From Octopus sinensis (Eukaryota): DNA of 64,000 nt. The stretch lies in NCBI RefSeq assembly GCF_006345805.1, contig NC_043024.1, positions 18,104,001 through 18,168,000 of the forward strand, in the 5' to 3' direction. The notes under the pieces were generated by a model. The model searched no databases. It was not told where the DNA came from and saw only the letters and a list, made by a program, of their open reading frames with translations. Shown piece after piece: positions 35,724-49,673 of this stretch (its first letter is position 1; each line of letters begins with the position of its first letter). Both the position numbers and the translations under genes were made by a program.

Positions 35724-37541
35724 ATAAAGAAGGAAGAGAGAGGAAAGAAAGATCCCAAAGCGGGCAACAGGAGATGGAGAAAAAAACGACTGGTGTTTAC
35801 GAAGTACACATGGTGAAAGGCGGAAGTTTACGATAACAAGAACAAAGTAGGTTTTTAAAGCCAAAAGAGTGGAGACAGGGTTGGTAACGCAACAGATGTG
35901 TGTGTATGTGTGAGTGTGTATGTGTGAGTGTGTGCGTGTGTGTATGTGTGTGTGAGGCGAGATAAAAAAACAAAAAATATATGTATGTGTTAGTGTGTGC
36001 GTCTGTGTGTAGGCGTGTGAGGTAGGGCGAGACAGTAGTAGGCATAGCAGACAGTGGTCAGTAGTAAGAAAATGAAGGAAGGAGAGGAGGGAGGGGGGAA
36101 GGGGTGGGGGCGTATGTAGCGTGCCAGCGTGTGTTGAGTAGTAGTGTGTGTGTGTCCAGTGTCGTGGTAGTATTAATGGCGAGTAGATTGAATGTGTGTA
36201 AGAGTAATGTATATATTTAAGCAATGTGTGTGTGTGAGTGGGTGTGTATATGTGTGCGCGCGTGTGTAACAAAAAAGGGGGGGTTAAGGAAAAAGGACTC
36301 CAGCTGAGGGGAAGATGGAAGAGTGGTCCCGCGGAGACGGGCGTGGGAGAACCCAACGACAAGCGACGGTCCCAGGAACGAGCGGGAGGTCTCGTCGGGT
36401 CCAAGAGCGAGGTGCATGCAGCGCGTATGCGTGCGCATATGCGTGCGCGCGCCTGCGAGTATGCGCGTAAGTATGTATGTGTGTGGATGTGTGAGTGTGT
36501 CTGTGTGTATGTCTGCGTGTCAGTGTGTCCGATGAATGTATGTGAGTATGTGTGTATATATGTGTGTGCATAGATGTATGTCCGTGTGTGTGTGTGTGTG
36601 TATGTGTATGAGTGTGTATGTATGTACGTGTGGGTGTGTGGAAGTGTGTGTATGTGCATGTGTGTGCGCGTACATACAGGTGTGTGAGTGAGTGTGTGTG
36701 TGTGTATGTATGTGTGAGTGTGTATGTATGTGTGTGTAGGATGCATGTATGTGTATGTATGTGTGTGTGTGTATGTATGTATGTGTACGTGCGTGTGTGT
36801 GTGTGTATGCGTGTAGGTGTGTGCATGCATGCATGCATGTGCGTATGTGTGTGTGTGTGCATGTGTGTGGGTATATATGTATGTGCGTATATGTGTGTGT
36901 ATGTGCGTACATGTGTGTGTGTGTATGCATGTGTGTGTATGTAGGTGTGTAGGCGTGTGTGTATAGGTGTATGTATGTAAGTATGTATGGGTGTGTCCGT
37001 GTGTGTGTGTATGTATGTGTGTGTATGTAGGTGTGTGGGCGTGTGTATATATATATAAAGAATGGAAATTTCGTTTTGGCCGAATTCCATCCCTTGATCT
37101 GCTAAAAACTTTGTTATTAGCCCCAGCTGGTTCCCCATATTTCTGGGGCTTAAAACCATCAACAAAGAATTTATGGCTTATAAACATGTTAAACTTGTGT
37201 ATTTGTACATGTGTGGGCGTGCATATACAGTTAGATATATATATATATAGCTACATGGTTATAAATAGATATACTCGTATATATATAGTTATAGCGTTAT
37301 AAATATATATATATATACACACACACACACATATATATGTATGTATGTATGTATGTGTATATATATATATAGTTGTATATATATATATATATATAATTAT
37401 ATAATAGTTATCACTGAAGGCACGAAATTGTATTTGACCCTCCGGTCAGTAACTGATGAGCATTTGGTGACCTTCAGTGTTAGTATCCCATTTGTTCTTA
37501 CATTTATTATATGTTTTTCAACTTATCATATAGTTATATGT

Positions 37542-37573
<32 letters not shown>

Positions 37574-37661
37574 GTATGTATGTAGTTACATACGCATTGT
37601 GTATTGATGTGGGTGTGCACGTGTGCATGAGTATGTACGTGTGTGTGTGTATATATATGTG

Positions 37662-38490
37662 TAGACATGGCAAGAATGGATGAAGATAGGTGTGTGAGAA
37701 AGTGCCAATCCCTAGCAGTTGAGGGAACCCGTGGAAGAGGTAGACCCAGGAAAACCTGGGACGAAGTGGTGAAGCACGACCTTCGGACGTTAGGTCTCAC
37801 CATGGAAATGACTAGAGACCGAGACCTATGGAAGTATGCTGTGCGTGAGAAGACCCGGCAAGACTAGTGAAGCCATAATCCGTGGCCCCTACCTGGGACG
37901 TAGTCAGTCCACCTGTGCATACCTTCCTTCTTGTGACACTTGTGAAGACCTGTTGAGGCAAGTGAGAATCGAATCAAATCAAATCAAATCGAACCAAATC
38001 AAAATAGATGAACATCAATGGAATTTGTATCCTTGTGGTACCAGTGCCGGTGGTACATAAGAAAACCATCCGAACGTGATCGTAGCCAGTACCGCAACGA
38101 CTGGCCTCCGTGCTGAGGGCACGTAACAAACACCATCCGAGTGTGGCCGTCCGCCAGCCCCATCTGGCACCTGTGTCGGTGACACATAAGAAAACACCAT
38201 CTGAGCGTGGCCGTCAGCCAGCCTCGTCTGGCACCTGTGTCGGTGGCACATAAAAAACACCATCCGAGCGTGGCCGTCTACCAGCCTCGTCTGGCACCTG
38301 TGTCGGTGGCACATAAAATCACCCACCACACTCTCGGAGTGGTTGGCGTTAGGAAGGGCATCCAGCTGTAGAAACACTGCCAGATCTGACTGGCCTGGTG
38401 CAGCCTTCGGGCTTGCCAGACCCCAGTTGAACCGTCCAACCCATGCTAGCATGGAAAGCGGACGTTAAACGATGATGATGATGATGATGA
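37662..38490 (+). mobile_element. 3' end of an RTE-clade LINE: ORF2 C-terminus, 3' UTR with ~62-bp tandem repeats, (GAT)n tail
   Basis: MARMDEDRCVRKCQSLAVEGTRGRGRPRKTWDEVVKHDLRTLGLTMEMTRDRDLWKYAVREK (37667-37867) is a typical RTE C-terminus. The UTR ends ...ggcgttaggaagggcatccagctgtagaaac...gcatggaaagcggacgttaaacgatgatgat. Confidence 0.85.
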
Positions 38491-39063
38491 TATATTTGTA
38501 TGCATATATGAGCATACACGAATATCTATACATACTCATTCATAAACATATTTATATGCACGTGTCAGTTTCTTTCATACACATTTTCTCTCACTGTGTG
38601 TGTGGTGTGTGTGTATGTGCATGTATGTATGTATTTACAGCCTTGTCCCCCATTTCTATACTAGTACCCACACCACCCACAAAGATTGCTGAGATCAGAA
38701 GGGTGCATTGAATGTATGATAGGTCGTTAGGACAACAATGTTGTTTCTTAAACAATAGTTACTATTTATATAACACATTTCTATGACACTTTTACACACA
38801 TATACAGCAAAACAGTGTAAAAGAGAGTGTTTTTTTATACATACATATATACACACACACACATGTATATATAATTATGTAATAATATATATGTGTATGT
38901 GTGCATATATATATATACATACACTCACACACAGAGTAAGAGCAGAGTGACTGTAAATGTGTGTAAGAGGGACAGACATGCATATTTATTGTACGTTTAT
39001 ACTGGCATAAATGTATATATAAATGAGTGTATATATGAATGTGTGTATTATACATACATACAT

Positions 39064-39101
<38 letters not shown>

Positions 39102-40022
39102 ATACATATCAGGTACAGGCATGGCTGTGTGGTAAGAAGCTTGCTCCCCTACCACATGATTCCAGGTTCAGTCCCACTGCATGGCACATTGGGCAAGTGT
39201 CTTCTACTATAGCCTTGGGCTGACCAAAGCTTTGTGAATGGATTTGGTAGACAGAAACTGCTTGTTGTAGTTTAATTTTAAAGTTAGTGTTTAATCCTGC
39301 CTATATTTAGATTGAACACCGTTGTAGATGGGGTAAATGTGTTTGAAAGTTGTGTGTGTGTGTATGTGTTTTTTTTGCAGGGAGGTATGTTTGTTCACAA
39401 ACAGCACTTCTTTTAGTGCTATTGACACTGCCAGGTTGAATGGTACTGCCCAGGTGTCGAAACCATAATGATATATGTGGGGCAGCTGATGATGAAGGTA
39501 TGTTGGATTGTTGGTATGGCTGTTTTTGTATATGTGGAATAGTGTTATAACATCCTTTTGATATGTGTGTGTCTTTATGTCTGTGTTTGTTCCCCCCACA
39601 CCCACCATCACTTAACAACTGATACTGATATGTTTACATCCCAGTAACTTAGTGGTTCGGCAAAAGAGACTGACAGAATAATTACTAGGCTTACAAAGAA
39701 TAAGTCCTGGGGTCGATTTCTTCAACTAAAACCCTTTAAGGTGGTGCTCCAGTATGGTCGCAATCAAATGACTGAAACATGTAAAAGAATAAAAGAATTT
39801 GTGCTTGCAGTTATGTGCACACATATATATGAATGTATATATGTGTGTGTGTGCGCATGTGTGTGTATATATATACACACACACATTAGGAAGGGCATCC
39901 AGCCGTAGAAACACTGCCAGATCAGACTGGGCCTGATGCAGCCAGCCTTCTGGCTTCACAGACCCCAGTTGAACCGTCCAACCCATGCTAGCATGGAAAA
40001 CGGACGCTAAATGATGATGATG

Positions 40023-40057
<35 letters not shown>

Positions 40058-40718
40058 TACATATATACATATACAAATATATACATGCATACATATATAT
40101 ATCTGTGTATATGTGTGTGTGTAAGTATACACACACACACACACATATATGTATATTTATATATCTGCACACATACATACATGTGTGTACATGTAGTTCT
40201 CATTGTGCTTCTGGAACAGAGATCTAAAAGAAGAGTAATAGATGCCTCCCCACCCCCTCTAAATAGTGGGGTGGAGCAGATTCTATTGAATGTATGGAAG
40301 ATAATTGGGACAACAACATTGTTTGGTGAACAATAGTGGCTATTTATATATGAACCAAACACTGGCACCATTACCACCAACATTCAAGTTAGCATCACCA
40401 CCACCGCCATTATCATTCATACCACCACCATCAACACCATCATTCCTGTTACCACAACCACCATCACCACCAACATCATTATCACCACCATCACCACCAC
40501 CTCTAGCATGACCACAAATATCACCACTACCACTACTGCTACAACCACAACTGTGTGGTATTAAATGGATTTAGTATTTTTACTAATTTACTGACTAAAC
40601 AACAACAGTATTGGATTCCAGTTTGCTCAAATCTACACACACTCATTCTTCCTTATACACATACACATGCAGATACACATGCACTCACAGACATATATAT
40701 ATAAATATATATATATAT

Positions 40719-40753
<35 letters not shown>

Positions 40754-40823
40754 CACACATACATGCTGTCTATTGCTGTGTTTCTTTCATTTCTTTTGTG
40801 TCCACCCATATGTGTGTATAAGG

Positions 40824-40892
<69 letters not shown>

Positions 40893-41380
40893 CAGATATA
40901 TATTATGTAAATGTGTCTGTGTGTGTGTATGTTTGAGAGAGAGTGATGGAGAAAAAATTTCCCCTCTATCTGTTCATCTCTCAATTTATCTTTCTATCTG
41001 TATGTCTCTTTGTTCAACAATTTGTCTACATAGGATTCTATATGTGTCTATTTACATATTCCTATATGTATGTACATGTACGGCTGTTTGTTTGATTATC
41101 AATGAATGCAGTTATGTGTGTGTGTCGGACATACACATGCGTGAACATACACGCACATTAACAGCAAATAAAGTACTTAATACATGAAAATACAGTGTTT
41201 GTTCAAAGTTGAGACTAGTCGCCATCACTACTCTGAGCTTCATGTTTCATAAACATTGATACAAACGTGATTGATAGACTGTCATTCCTCAATCAATCAG
41301 ATTGCTACCATTGCTGATGATTGCAGAGAAACACGAAACATTTAAGGTTCAATGACTGGTAGTAGAAATATCTGTTTATA

Positions 41381-41946
41381 TTGGGTTGTCCGGAAAGTTT
41401 GTACCGATTTATAGCAGTTTACCTTTCGACTTATTTTAGAACATGGTTGAGTCCATAAAATAGTATTTGACTACACCTCCATTTAGAGCACAGTTTAAGC
41501 TATCTTTTGATGGAAGAAGGTTTATGTTCCTATAACCTGTGTTACTTTTGTAACCCTTTAAAATGGAAGATAAGAAAGTTAATTTTCAGCACTTGATGCT
41601 TTGGAAGCCAGACAAAAATTGCTGCAGCTTGGCTGGGATGTGTTACCCCACCCTCCATATTCACCAGATATTGCTCCTTTGGATTTCCACTTATTCAGGG
41701 CTCTGCAGAATAGTCTTAATGGTAAAAATTTCAATTCCTTGGATGACATAAAAAGATACCTTGATGAATTCTTTGCCATGAAACCACCTCAGTTTTGGGA
41801 AGAGGGTATTTTCAAGTTAAAGGAAAGATGGAGACGCATTGTGCAACAAAATGGTTCATATTTGGTTGATTAAAAATGTAATGATAGGTATTTATTGACC
41901 TTTTTCTTTCCTTTAAAAATCGGCACGAACTTTCCAGACAACCCAA
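41381..41946 (+). mobile_element. Internally deleted mariner (DD34D) element with both TIRs and a TA target duplication
   Basis: TA|ttgggttgtccggaaagtttgtaccgattt ... aaatcggcacgaactttccagacaacccaa|TA. The N-terminus MEDKKVNFQHLMLW (ATG 41563) is fused out of frame to the C-terminus RQKLLQLGWDVLPHPPYSPDIAPLDFHLF...WRRIVQQNGSY (to 41873). Confidence 0.92.
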
Positions 41947-42075
41947 TAGAAAGTTTTGATGTGTGTGTGTGTGTGCATACATGCGTGTATACACTCACAA
42001 ACACCCAAGTGTGTCCTGCCTTGCTTTGCTCAACAACAGTTGTTGTTGTTAATGATGATAAATGAAGATGATTAA

Positions 42076-42295
42076 CCCTTTAGCATTCAGATTATTTTGC
42101 CAAATCTAATGCTTATTTATCCACGTTGTTTTGAATTAGTCATGTATTATCTTTTAAGCTTTGAGATTGTGATGATGTGATTGTAAATTTTTAGAATTAC
42201 AATACAGGGTAGGTGGAAGCGGCCAGATCTTGACAGTCTGAACAAAAAACAATAAAATATTTGGGTTGTATGTAGCCAGTTTAAATGCTAAACGG
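42076..42295. mobile_element. piggyBac-like MITE
   Basis: TTAA|ccctttagcatt ... aatgctaaacgg|TTAG. Related copy at 56418-56570 flanked by TTAA. Other TTAA-CCC ends at ~27968 and ~45729. Confidence 0.6.
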
Positions 42296-42511
42296 TTAGA
42301 ATATGAGTTTAAAAAATTCATGCTAAAGCATAGGAATGTGTGCAGGTGTGTGTGCTTGTATATATCTAGATAGGTAGATAGGTAGGTAGGCAGACAGGTA
42401 TGTAGGTAGATAAATAGATAGGTAGATAGGGGGAGAATTCATAAAAAAACAAAAGATGAAGACAGGTGGTGTAGACAACAAACAGATGTATTAGTTTAAT
42501 GCTTGGGAAGT

Positions 42512-42547
42512 CTTTAACATTTCGAGCCTATGCTCTTCCACAGAAAG
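42512..42547 (-). ncRNA. Degenerate or variant hammerhead-like motif
   Basis: Minus strand cttt-CTGTGGA-a-gagc(atag)gctc-GAAA-tg-TT-aaag. Stems I and II pair, but the core deviates at A6 and stem III is probably a CpG-decayed ACGT. Confidence 0.4.
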
Positions 42548-42624
42548 GAACACAGAAAGAAACAAGGAGAGAAAATAGATAGATAGATTGATTGATAGAT
42601 AGGTAGATAGGTAGGTAGGTAGGT

Positions 42625-42666
<42 letters not shown>

Positions 42667-43823
42667 ATGCTCTCCTAAATAAATTCCAATTGCTGTTCAA
42701 TGAACACATTGCCTGACACCAAACTTCCTAAACAGCAGTTGGCTCCAGGTCACATAGAGGACCAAAGAAGAGATGCAAAGGTATTCCCAAGACAATCTTG
42801 AGAAGTGTAATTTAGAGTAGTCTATTTGGAAACATCATGTTAAAGGTTGCTCACTGTAGCATAATGCTGTGTACTCTCAAATACAGCAATTTGAATGAGA
42901 CATGACTTGAGAAGCTAAGGAACGAAGGGCTGTGAGGCAAACAAAAGTACCATCGGATCCTTTCTCTGCTATTGCAGGCTCCCACCGTAACTGGAATTTA
43001 TGCCATATTGGATTAATAAGCCACCTCAGGATATATGAAGTGGAAAGCTGATAACCTAGTCTTCTTGACAGACATGGAGGGATAAATGTCTTCTACTATA
43101 AGCTGAAACCAATCAAAGAATTGTGAGTGGATCTGATTGGCAGAAGTGAAAAAGATTTTGTATTTGTGTGTGTTTTTTTGCATGTGTGTGAGTGCATGTG
43201 CATATGTGTGTACATGTGAGTGTGTGTGTTTGTATGTGTATGTTTATGTCTCCTAGTCTTGACAATACACTAAATGTAAACAAATATCACCATCATGGAA
43301 AGAAGTGTCATTTGTTTATTTTGAAGGAGGAGGGGAAATATTAGTTTGTTTAGAAATAAGTGAGGGTCAGCGACAGGAAGAGCATCCAGCCATAGAAAAT
43401 GTACCTCATTCATTCAAGCATGGAAAAGTAGACATTAAGATGATGATGACGATGACACTGATAAAGAATATGACAATGATAATGATGATAATGAAGAGGA
43501 AGAGGAGGTTCTCTGTGAGACCTCCATTAAGTTATGGAAATCACACAGTGGCTCTTGGTTCAATGTTTCTTTTGTTCTAGCCCTCTCTCAGTTGGTTGTT
43601 ATTAGCAATGCCTGGAGATGATTCAAAAATCTGTAATGCATCTACATTGGACAACTGAGGGAGGAACTGATGGCAGGAAGTTCCATTTCGGAAACAGGAA
43701 GTTTGTAAATCGATGTTAACACATCTCTCTACCTGTTCATTATCTTCAATATTACAATACTGCTGTCAGTTATCTTTTGTCATAGACAGCTTCTGATTTT
43801 GAAGGAAATTCCCACTAACCTAA

Positions 43824-44740
43824 GATTCCACAAAAACAGAACCGGTTAATGACTTTCACTAAAATCATTGTTGCACCTGCAACAGTCTGTATCATTGTTG
43901 ACAGCGCAAAAGTTGTTCATGCATCGATTAATCGGTTTGAGAGAACAAACCTATGTAATATAGTGACTGATACAAAGTTTTAGCGAGTCTTATTACAGGG
44001 GTCATTGAAACTGGAAACTCTGATATCATTTGGGCGAATTAATATTGATTATTACTAATGTGAGATTCCACAAAAACAGCAATGGTTAATCACTTTTACC
44101 AATATTATTACTGCACCTGCAGTAGTTTGTGTCATTGTTGAGTACAGCACTTGCAACAGTTGTCTCTGCACTGATAGATCAATTTGGGAGGACAAACCTA
44201 TGTCATATAGTGATAGATACTAAGTTTTAGCAAGTCTTATTACAGGAGTCATTGAAAGTGGAAGCTGTAATAGCATACAGGTGAATTAATATTAATTATT
44301 ACTAACCTGGGATTCCACAAAAACAGCAACGGTTAATCACTTTTACCAAAATTATTACTGCACCTGCAGCAGTCTGAGTCATTGTTGAGTGCAACACATG
44401 CAATAGTTGTCCGAGCGTTGATAGATTCAGTTTGGGAGAAGAAATCCATGGTATACAGTGATTGATAGAGTTTTACTGAGTGTTATTACAGAAGTCATGA
44501 AGATGGCAAGCTAGCAGAATCATTAGCACACTGGGAAAAATTCTTAGCAGCATTTCATTTGTCCTTATGTTCTGAGTTCAAATTCCACTGAGGTTGATTT
44601 TTGCCTTTCGTCCTTTCAGAGTATGATGAAATAAGTACCAATTGAATATTGGGTCAATGTAATTAACTTACATCTTCTCATGCCAAAATCTGAAACCATT
44701 ATAACAGAAGTCATTGAAACTGGAAGCTGTAATAGCATAA
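43824..44740. repeat. Diverged ~240-bp tandem triplication, with the third unit interrupted by a SINE
   Basis: gattccacaaaaacag recurs at 43824, 44064 and 44311. A SINE at ~44500-44700 is flanked by the duplication acagaagtcat (44488-44498 and 44704-44714). Confidence 0.85.
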
Positions 44741-46124
44741 GTGCAAATGGTTGAGAGGTGTCAGAGGTCACAGTTAAATTGAAAATTAACAAATCTCAAA
44801 TTTATCTCAAACCAGCTCCAATATTTCTAATAAATTTTTATCATGATTCAATAACGTCCATCTTCAAAATTTCTTTAACATTTGGTATGGTTGTCCCACT
44901 CCAAAACCAACAATTTTTAGTTCCTGATTTTAGTAATAAAACCTGGTCACATTGACAATGATAAGGATCATCATCATAATCATCAGTTTATTCCTTTGAC
45001 CCTTTTGATACTAACCTGCTGAAAACTGCCCCTGATTCTAGGATACAAACTCCCTGTTTTATAATAATCTAAATCAAAGACTTTGTAGTGGTGCAGGTAA
45101 CTAAATAGTTGAATGATCTCCCTTGCAAGAAAGATTATAGAGTAACCTCCCTTTTCTAAGTTTCTCAAAGCATCTGTGTCATGAGACGTGATTCTTAATT
45201 ATTCAAGAAGTTTAGCATTTCTCCTGGAAGTTTCTAGAATGTCTAACATTCCATTAATAAAAACAGTTTGCTAACCCAGTTCTTTGCTTCTTAGTCAAAT
45301 AGACTTAAACCATTCACATCATTGCTATGTCCATCTATTTCTCTATACCACTGTTATTTCTACATTTCCTATCTCTGAACTTTCTTGCATAGATTACTTC
45401 ATTCAACTAGATTCTACATTTTGATTCTATGTACCATCATCAGCCAGTAAATAAAATATATTTTTATGTAGTAAATATATAGATCTTGAATTTAATCTTT
45501 CATCTCTTTATGAACTATTGTTATAAGATAACACAACCACATCAACACCTTGTACTGACTATATATTTCCACTACAACTTCAATCAAAACTTCATGTTAA
45601 TTTCTGTTCCAAACACCAGCTTCAAAATGACTAAGCTACTGTACTAAATTCCTCGTTATTTTCAAAATCAATTGAAATGATGACAGAATGTTTCTGTTTC
45701 AACAGAAATATGGTAACAAAAGGGTTAACATCTGGCTTCTCTACTGGCATGGTGTGTGATATTGATGATGATGGTGATGATGATTCTAGTTTATCTCCCT
45801 CAACAACCCAACTTTGGATCCTCTCAGTATATATTTCACAGTTCTTGCCTGGAAACAAAGGAGTCACCAAGCAAAAAATATCGACCTACATCCATGCAAT
45901 TGAATAACACTTTCACACCTTAAAAATTTGCAACACTCTGGCAATATTAAAAATGCCATTTTTTTTTTGTTTTGACATGTTTTTGTCTTCTCTTGTTTCT
46001 CTCCCCTCTCCCTCCTCTTTTATTTTATTTTCCATCTTCTTCATCTCACCCTTGTCTTCTCTTGTCCTCATTCTCTCTTCTGTGTTCACTTCAAACCATT
46101 TCCAGTCGACACTTTCGTTTCACC

Positions 46125-46450
46125 ATGATGATGGTGATGATGATGATGTTGATGATGACGATCTTGCTAATGGTGGTGGTGGTGGTGGTGATGATGATGA
46201 TGATAATGACAACAATAATGATGATGTTGACAACAATGATGATGATGATGCTGATGATAAAGGTGATGATAACGATGATGATGATAATGATAATGACGGT
46301 GATGATGGTGTTAGTGGTGATAACGATGGTGATGATGATGATGAGGATGATGATAATGGTGATGACGAAGATGATGATGATAATGGTGATGATAAAAATG
46401 ATGATGATGATAATGATGACTACGGTGATGATGGTGGTGGTGATGATAAC

Positions 46451-46489
<39 letters not shown>

Positions 46490-46565
46490 AACGATGATGA
46501 TGATGATGATGATGATGATAACGATGATGATGATGATGATGATGATGATGATAACAACCATGATG
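46125..46565. repeat. (GAT)n/(GGT)n trinucleotide block
   Basis: Directly visible. It is the source of the poly-D, poly-M, poly-I and poly-H ORFs in the track. Confidence 0.95.
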
Positions 46566-49459
46566 GATAGAGAAGCAAGCGAGTAGAAAAATCCTAAATA
46601 AAGAAACAAGACTAACACTAAAAACACAACAGCTGAACACAATGGCATCTGTTGACACCTTCTTCAAGACATTTTTCTCAGTGTCTCCTTCTGCTCCTCA
46701 TCTTACCTATCACTCCTTCTGTCATCACACACACACACACACATGGACGACTATAAGTATTCGCCTGTGTTTTGCTCCATGACCTCAATACTGTGACATC
46801 TAACATCTTCAACACCATCAATCTTCATCATCATCATCATCATCATCACCATCAACACCATTGTCATCACTAACCACTAGCATTTATCATCAGCACCATC
46901 ATCACTGCCATCACAACCACCACTGCCACTAATACTGTCAACACCATCACCACTTCCAGCACTACTGTCAACACCACCACTACCAACACCATCACAATTA
47001 CCACCACCTCCCCGCTGCTCCCTGACCATCATCACTACTACCACACAAACCTCATGTTTTGTTATATGGAATATTATTTGTTGTGCTTGTTGTTAGTAGT
47101 GGTGGTAAGGTGGTAACAGTGGTAGTGGTAGCAGTGGTGGTGGTAGCAGTGGTGGTGGTGGCGGTGCTGGTGGTGGTGGTAGCAGTGGTGGTGGTGGTAA
47201 CAGTGGTAGAGGTAGCGGTGGTGGTGGTAGTAGTGCTAAGATGGTGACGGCAGTGGCATAATGCTCAGAAAACTGATTAAACGAGGGGAAGGCTTACACT
47301 ATGGAAGGTGAATGCCGGAAGCTTCTAATTAATTTGAAGTTTTGTAAAGAGGAAGAGATAGATAACGATGGTGAGAGTGGAGAGGAGGATTGGTTTTAAC
47401 GACAAGGTGGATGGAAAGGTGGGAGGAAGAAAGGGTGGGGAAGTGAACTGAAGAATCTGGTAATTGTCTTCTGTAACTAATGGTGGTGGTGGTGGTGCAG
47501 CTAATGTCCATGGTGGTGTTGTTGTTGTTGTTATATACTGTAAATGTTTATTGTCAGAGGTGGGGAAGTGACGAAGAGATATATGGATTATTGGGTAGAA
47601 GGATGGATGGATTTATTGGTCAACGGATTAAGGAATAGATGGGAAAGAGAAAGGTAGAGTGAGAGAGAGAAATAGAACTAGACTGAGAAAGAGGATAAAT
47701 AAATGTTGTTGTTGTTGATGGTGGTGGTAGTGGTGGTGGTATTTAATCCCAGGCCAGCTCTGATCCAGTTGGCCTATGATCAAAGATATTTCAGCTGTGA
47801 CCATCCCATGGTTTTAGAACCATTTAGGACAACATATACTCTCCAAATTACATCCAGGTTTTGTACAAACTGACAAAACCTATTTTGAAATGGACATGAC
47901 TTGAGATCTTCTAGTATGTAGGGGATAGCAGGGATCTACCCCTCTACATTCAGTTTATCCTTTTTATCCCTTATAATACATATTTACCAACATATTTGTC
48001 TTTTCGTTAATCTACTTACTGATGTTTTTGGAGGGCAATAATACTAAGGGGAGCAATAATAATAAAGCATTTATTGGTACCCTACCAATATGGTATTCTT
48101 TTAAATTCAGTTTAAATGAAAGACTTGTAAGTTCACAAATTTTTGGAGTTCTTTTAAAATTTGAATATTCAGCTGTTAACATATAACAACTCCTCATCCA
48201 GACCTGATCCCAATGCTAGATGAAGAGCTAAATGAAGGGCAGATTTTCAATCCTGGGATCATCCTGATTCCAAAAAGGTATAACATGTCTATGTAGAACA
48301 AATATAGACTGAGATACAGGGGTCCCAGACAGACAGACAGACAGAATTTTGTGTTTGTTATTATAAATTACAAAAGAAATTGAAATTTTAATGAGACAAT
48401 TTACAATGATATAAAACACCTTATTGGGTGGGGGGGTGCAAGTCAGTTCCATCCATCCAAGATCTCCACTGGTCCCTATTATAGGGTGATGATCTGGCAG
48501 AACTGTTAGGACGTCAGGCAGAGGTCGACTTTTATCTTTTCAGGCTTGATAGAATAAGTACCATCTTAGCACTGGGATCAATGCAGTCAGATTACCCTCT
48601 GTCCTGGAAATGCTGGCCTTGTGCCAAAATCGGAAATCAATATTCTTTTCTACTCTAGGCACGAGGCCCGAAATTTTGGGGGAATGGGCCAATCGATTAG
48701 ATCGACCTCAGTATGCAACTGGTACTTAATTTATTGTCCCTGAAGGGATGAAAGGCAAAGTCAACCTCGGCGGAATTTGAACTCAGAACATAAAGACAGA
48801 TGAAATACTGTTAAGCATTTCACCCAGCGTGCTATCGTTTCTGCCAGCTCGGCACCTTGGAAATCAATATTCTTTTCTACTTTAGGCATAAGGTATTATA
48901 TATTATTGTCTCAGTGGGCAAGTGTCTTCTACTATAGTCTTGGGCTGACCAAAGCCTTGTGAGTGGATTTGGTAGACGGACACTGAAAAGAGCCCGTCGT
49001 ATATATGTGTATATGTGTGTGTGTGTATGTGTGTCTGTGTTTGTCCCCCCCAACATCGCTTGACAACCGATCCTGGTGTGTTTACATCCCCGTAACTTAG
49101 CAGTTCAGCAAAAGAGACCGATAGAATAAGTACTTAGAAAGAATAAGTTCTGGGGTCGATTTGCTTGACTAAAGATGGTGCTCCAGCATGGCAACAGTCA
49201 AATGACTGAAACAAGTAAAAGAGTATTCATTTTTGTTACAACGCTTCGTATCCAAGATGTCAGTTGTAAACAAGCAAGAGATCGAAGCTGAAGAATGTTA
49301 ATGGGTGCATATGCCATATAGTTCGAGGGTTTTTGCCCCTTCATCAACACCCATCTAACCCCTTAATCATTCACAAACACACTGCTTAAACAGCCACTAA
49401 ATACACCAAAGTAACATTACACCCGAAATATGGCTTATAAGTTTCCGTCTTCAGTCTCA

Positions 49460-49628
49460 CTACAGTTCTATATTTAAGAGATGAGGAATTATGTGCTCAA
49501 TGGATATTTGTCCTCGTCTTGTTTGTTGTTAACACATTTCTGCTGATATACCTTCTTGCTTTCCTCAGGTGTCTTGGGGAAATTGCGAACCTGGATTCTC
49601 ATTTCTAAGGTACTTTTCAATGTTGTTG

Positions 49629-49673
<45 letters not shown>

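Noticed and set aside
35655-37187. 510-aa minus-strand ORF, and similar long ORFs at 10364-11203, 32000-32626 and 62153-62830
   Set aside because: Translations of (CA)n/(TA)n microsatellites (HTHT/YIYI runs) that lack stops only because of low complexity.
44780-45600. Possible fossil LINE reverse transcriptase (minus-strand LLADDG)
   Set aside because: Too many stops and only one short motif, so it cannot be supported without a profile search.
45953-46667. Poly-Asp, poly-Met, poly-Ile and poly-His ORFs
   Set aside because: All frames of one (GAT)n tract, with no splice or domain evidence.
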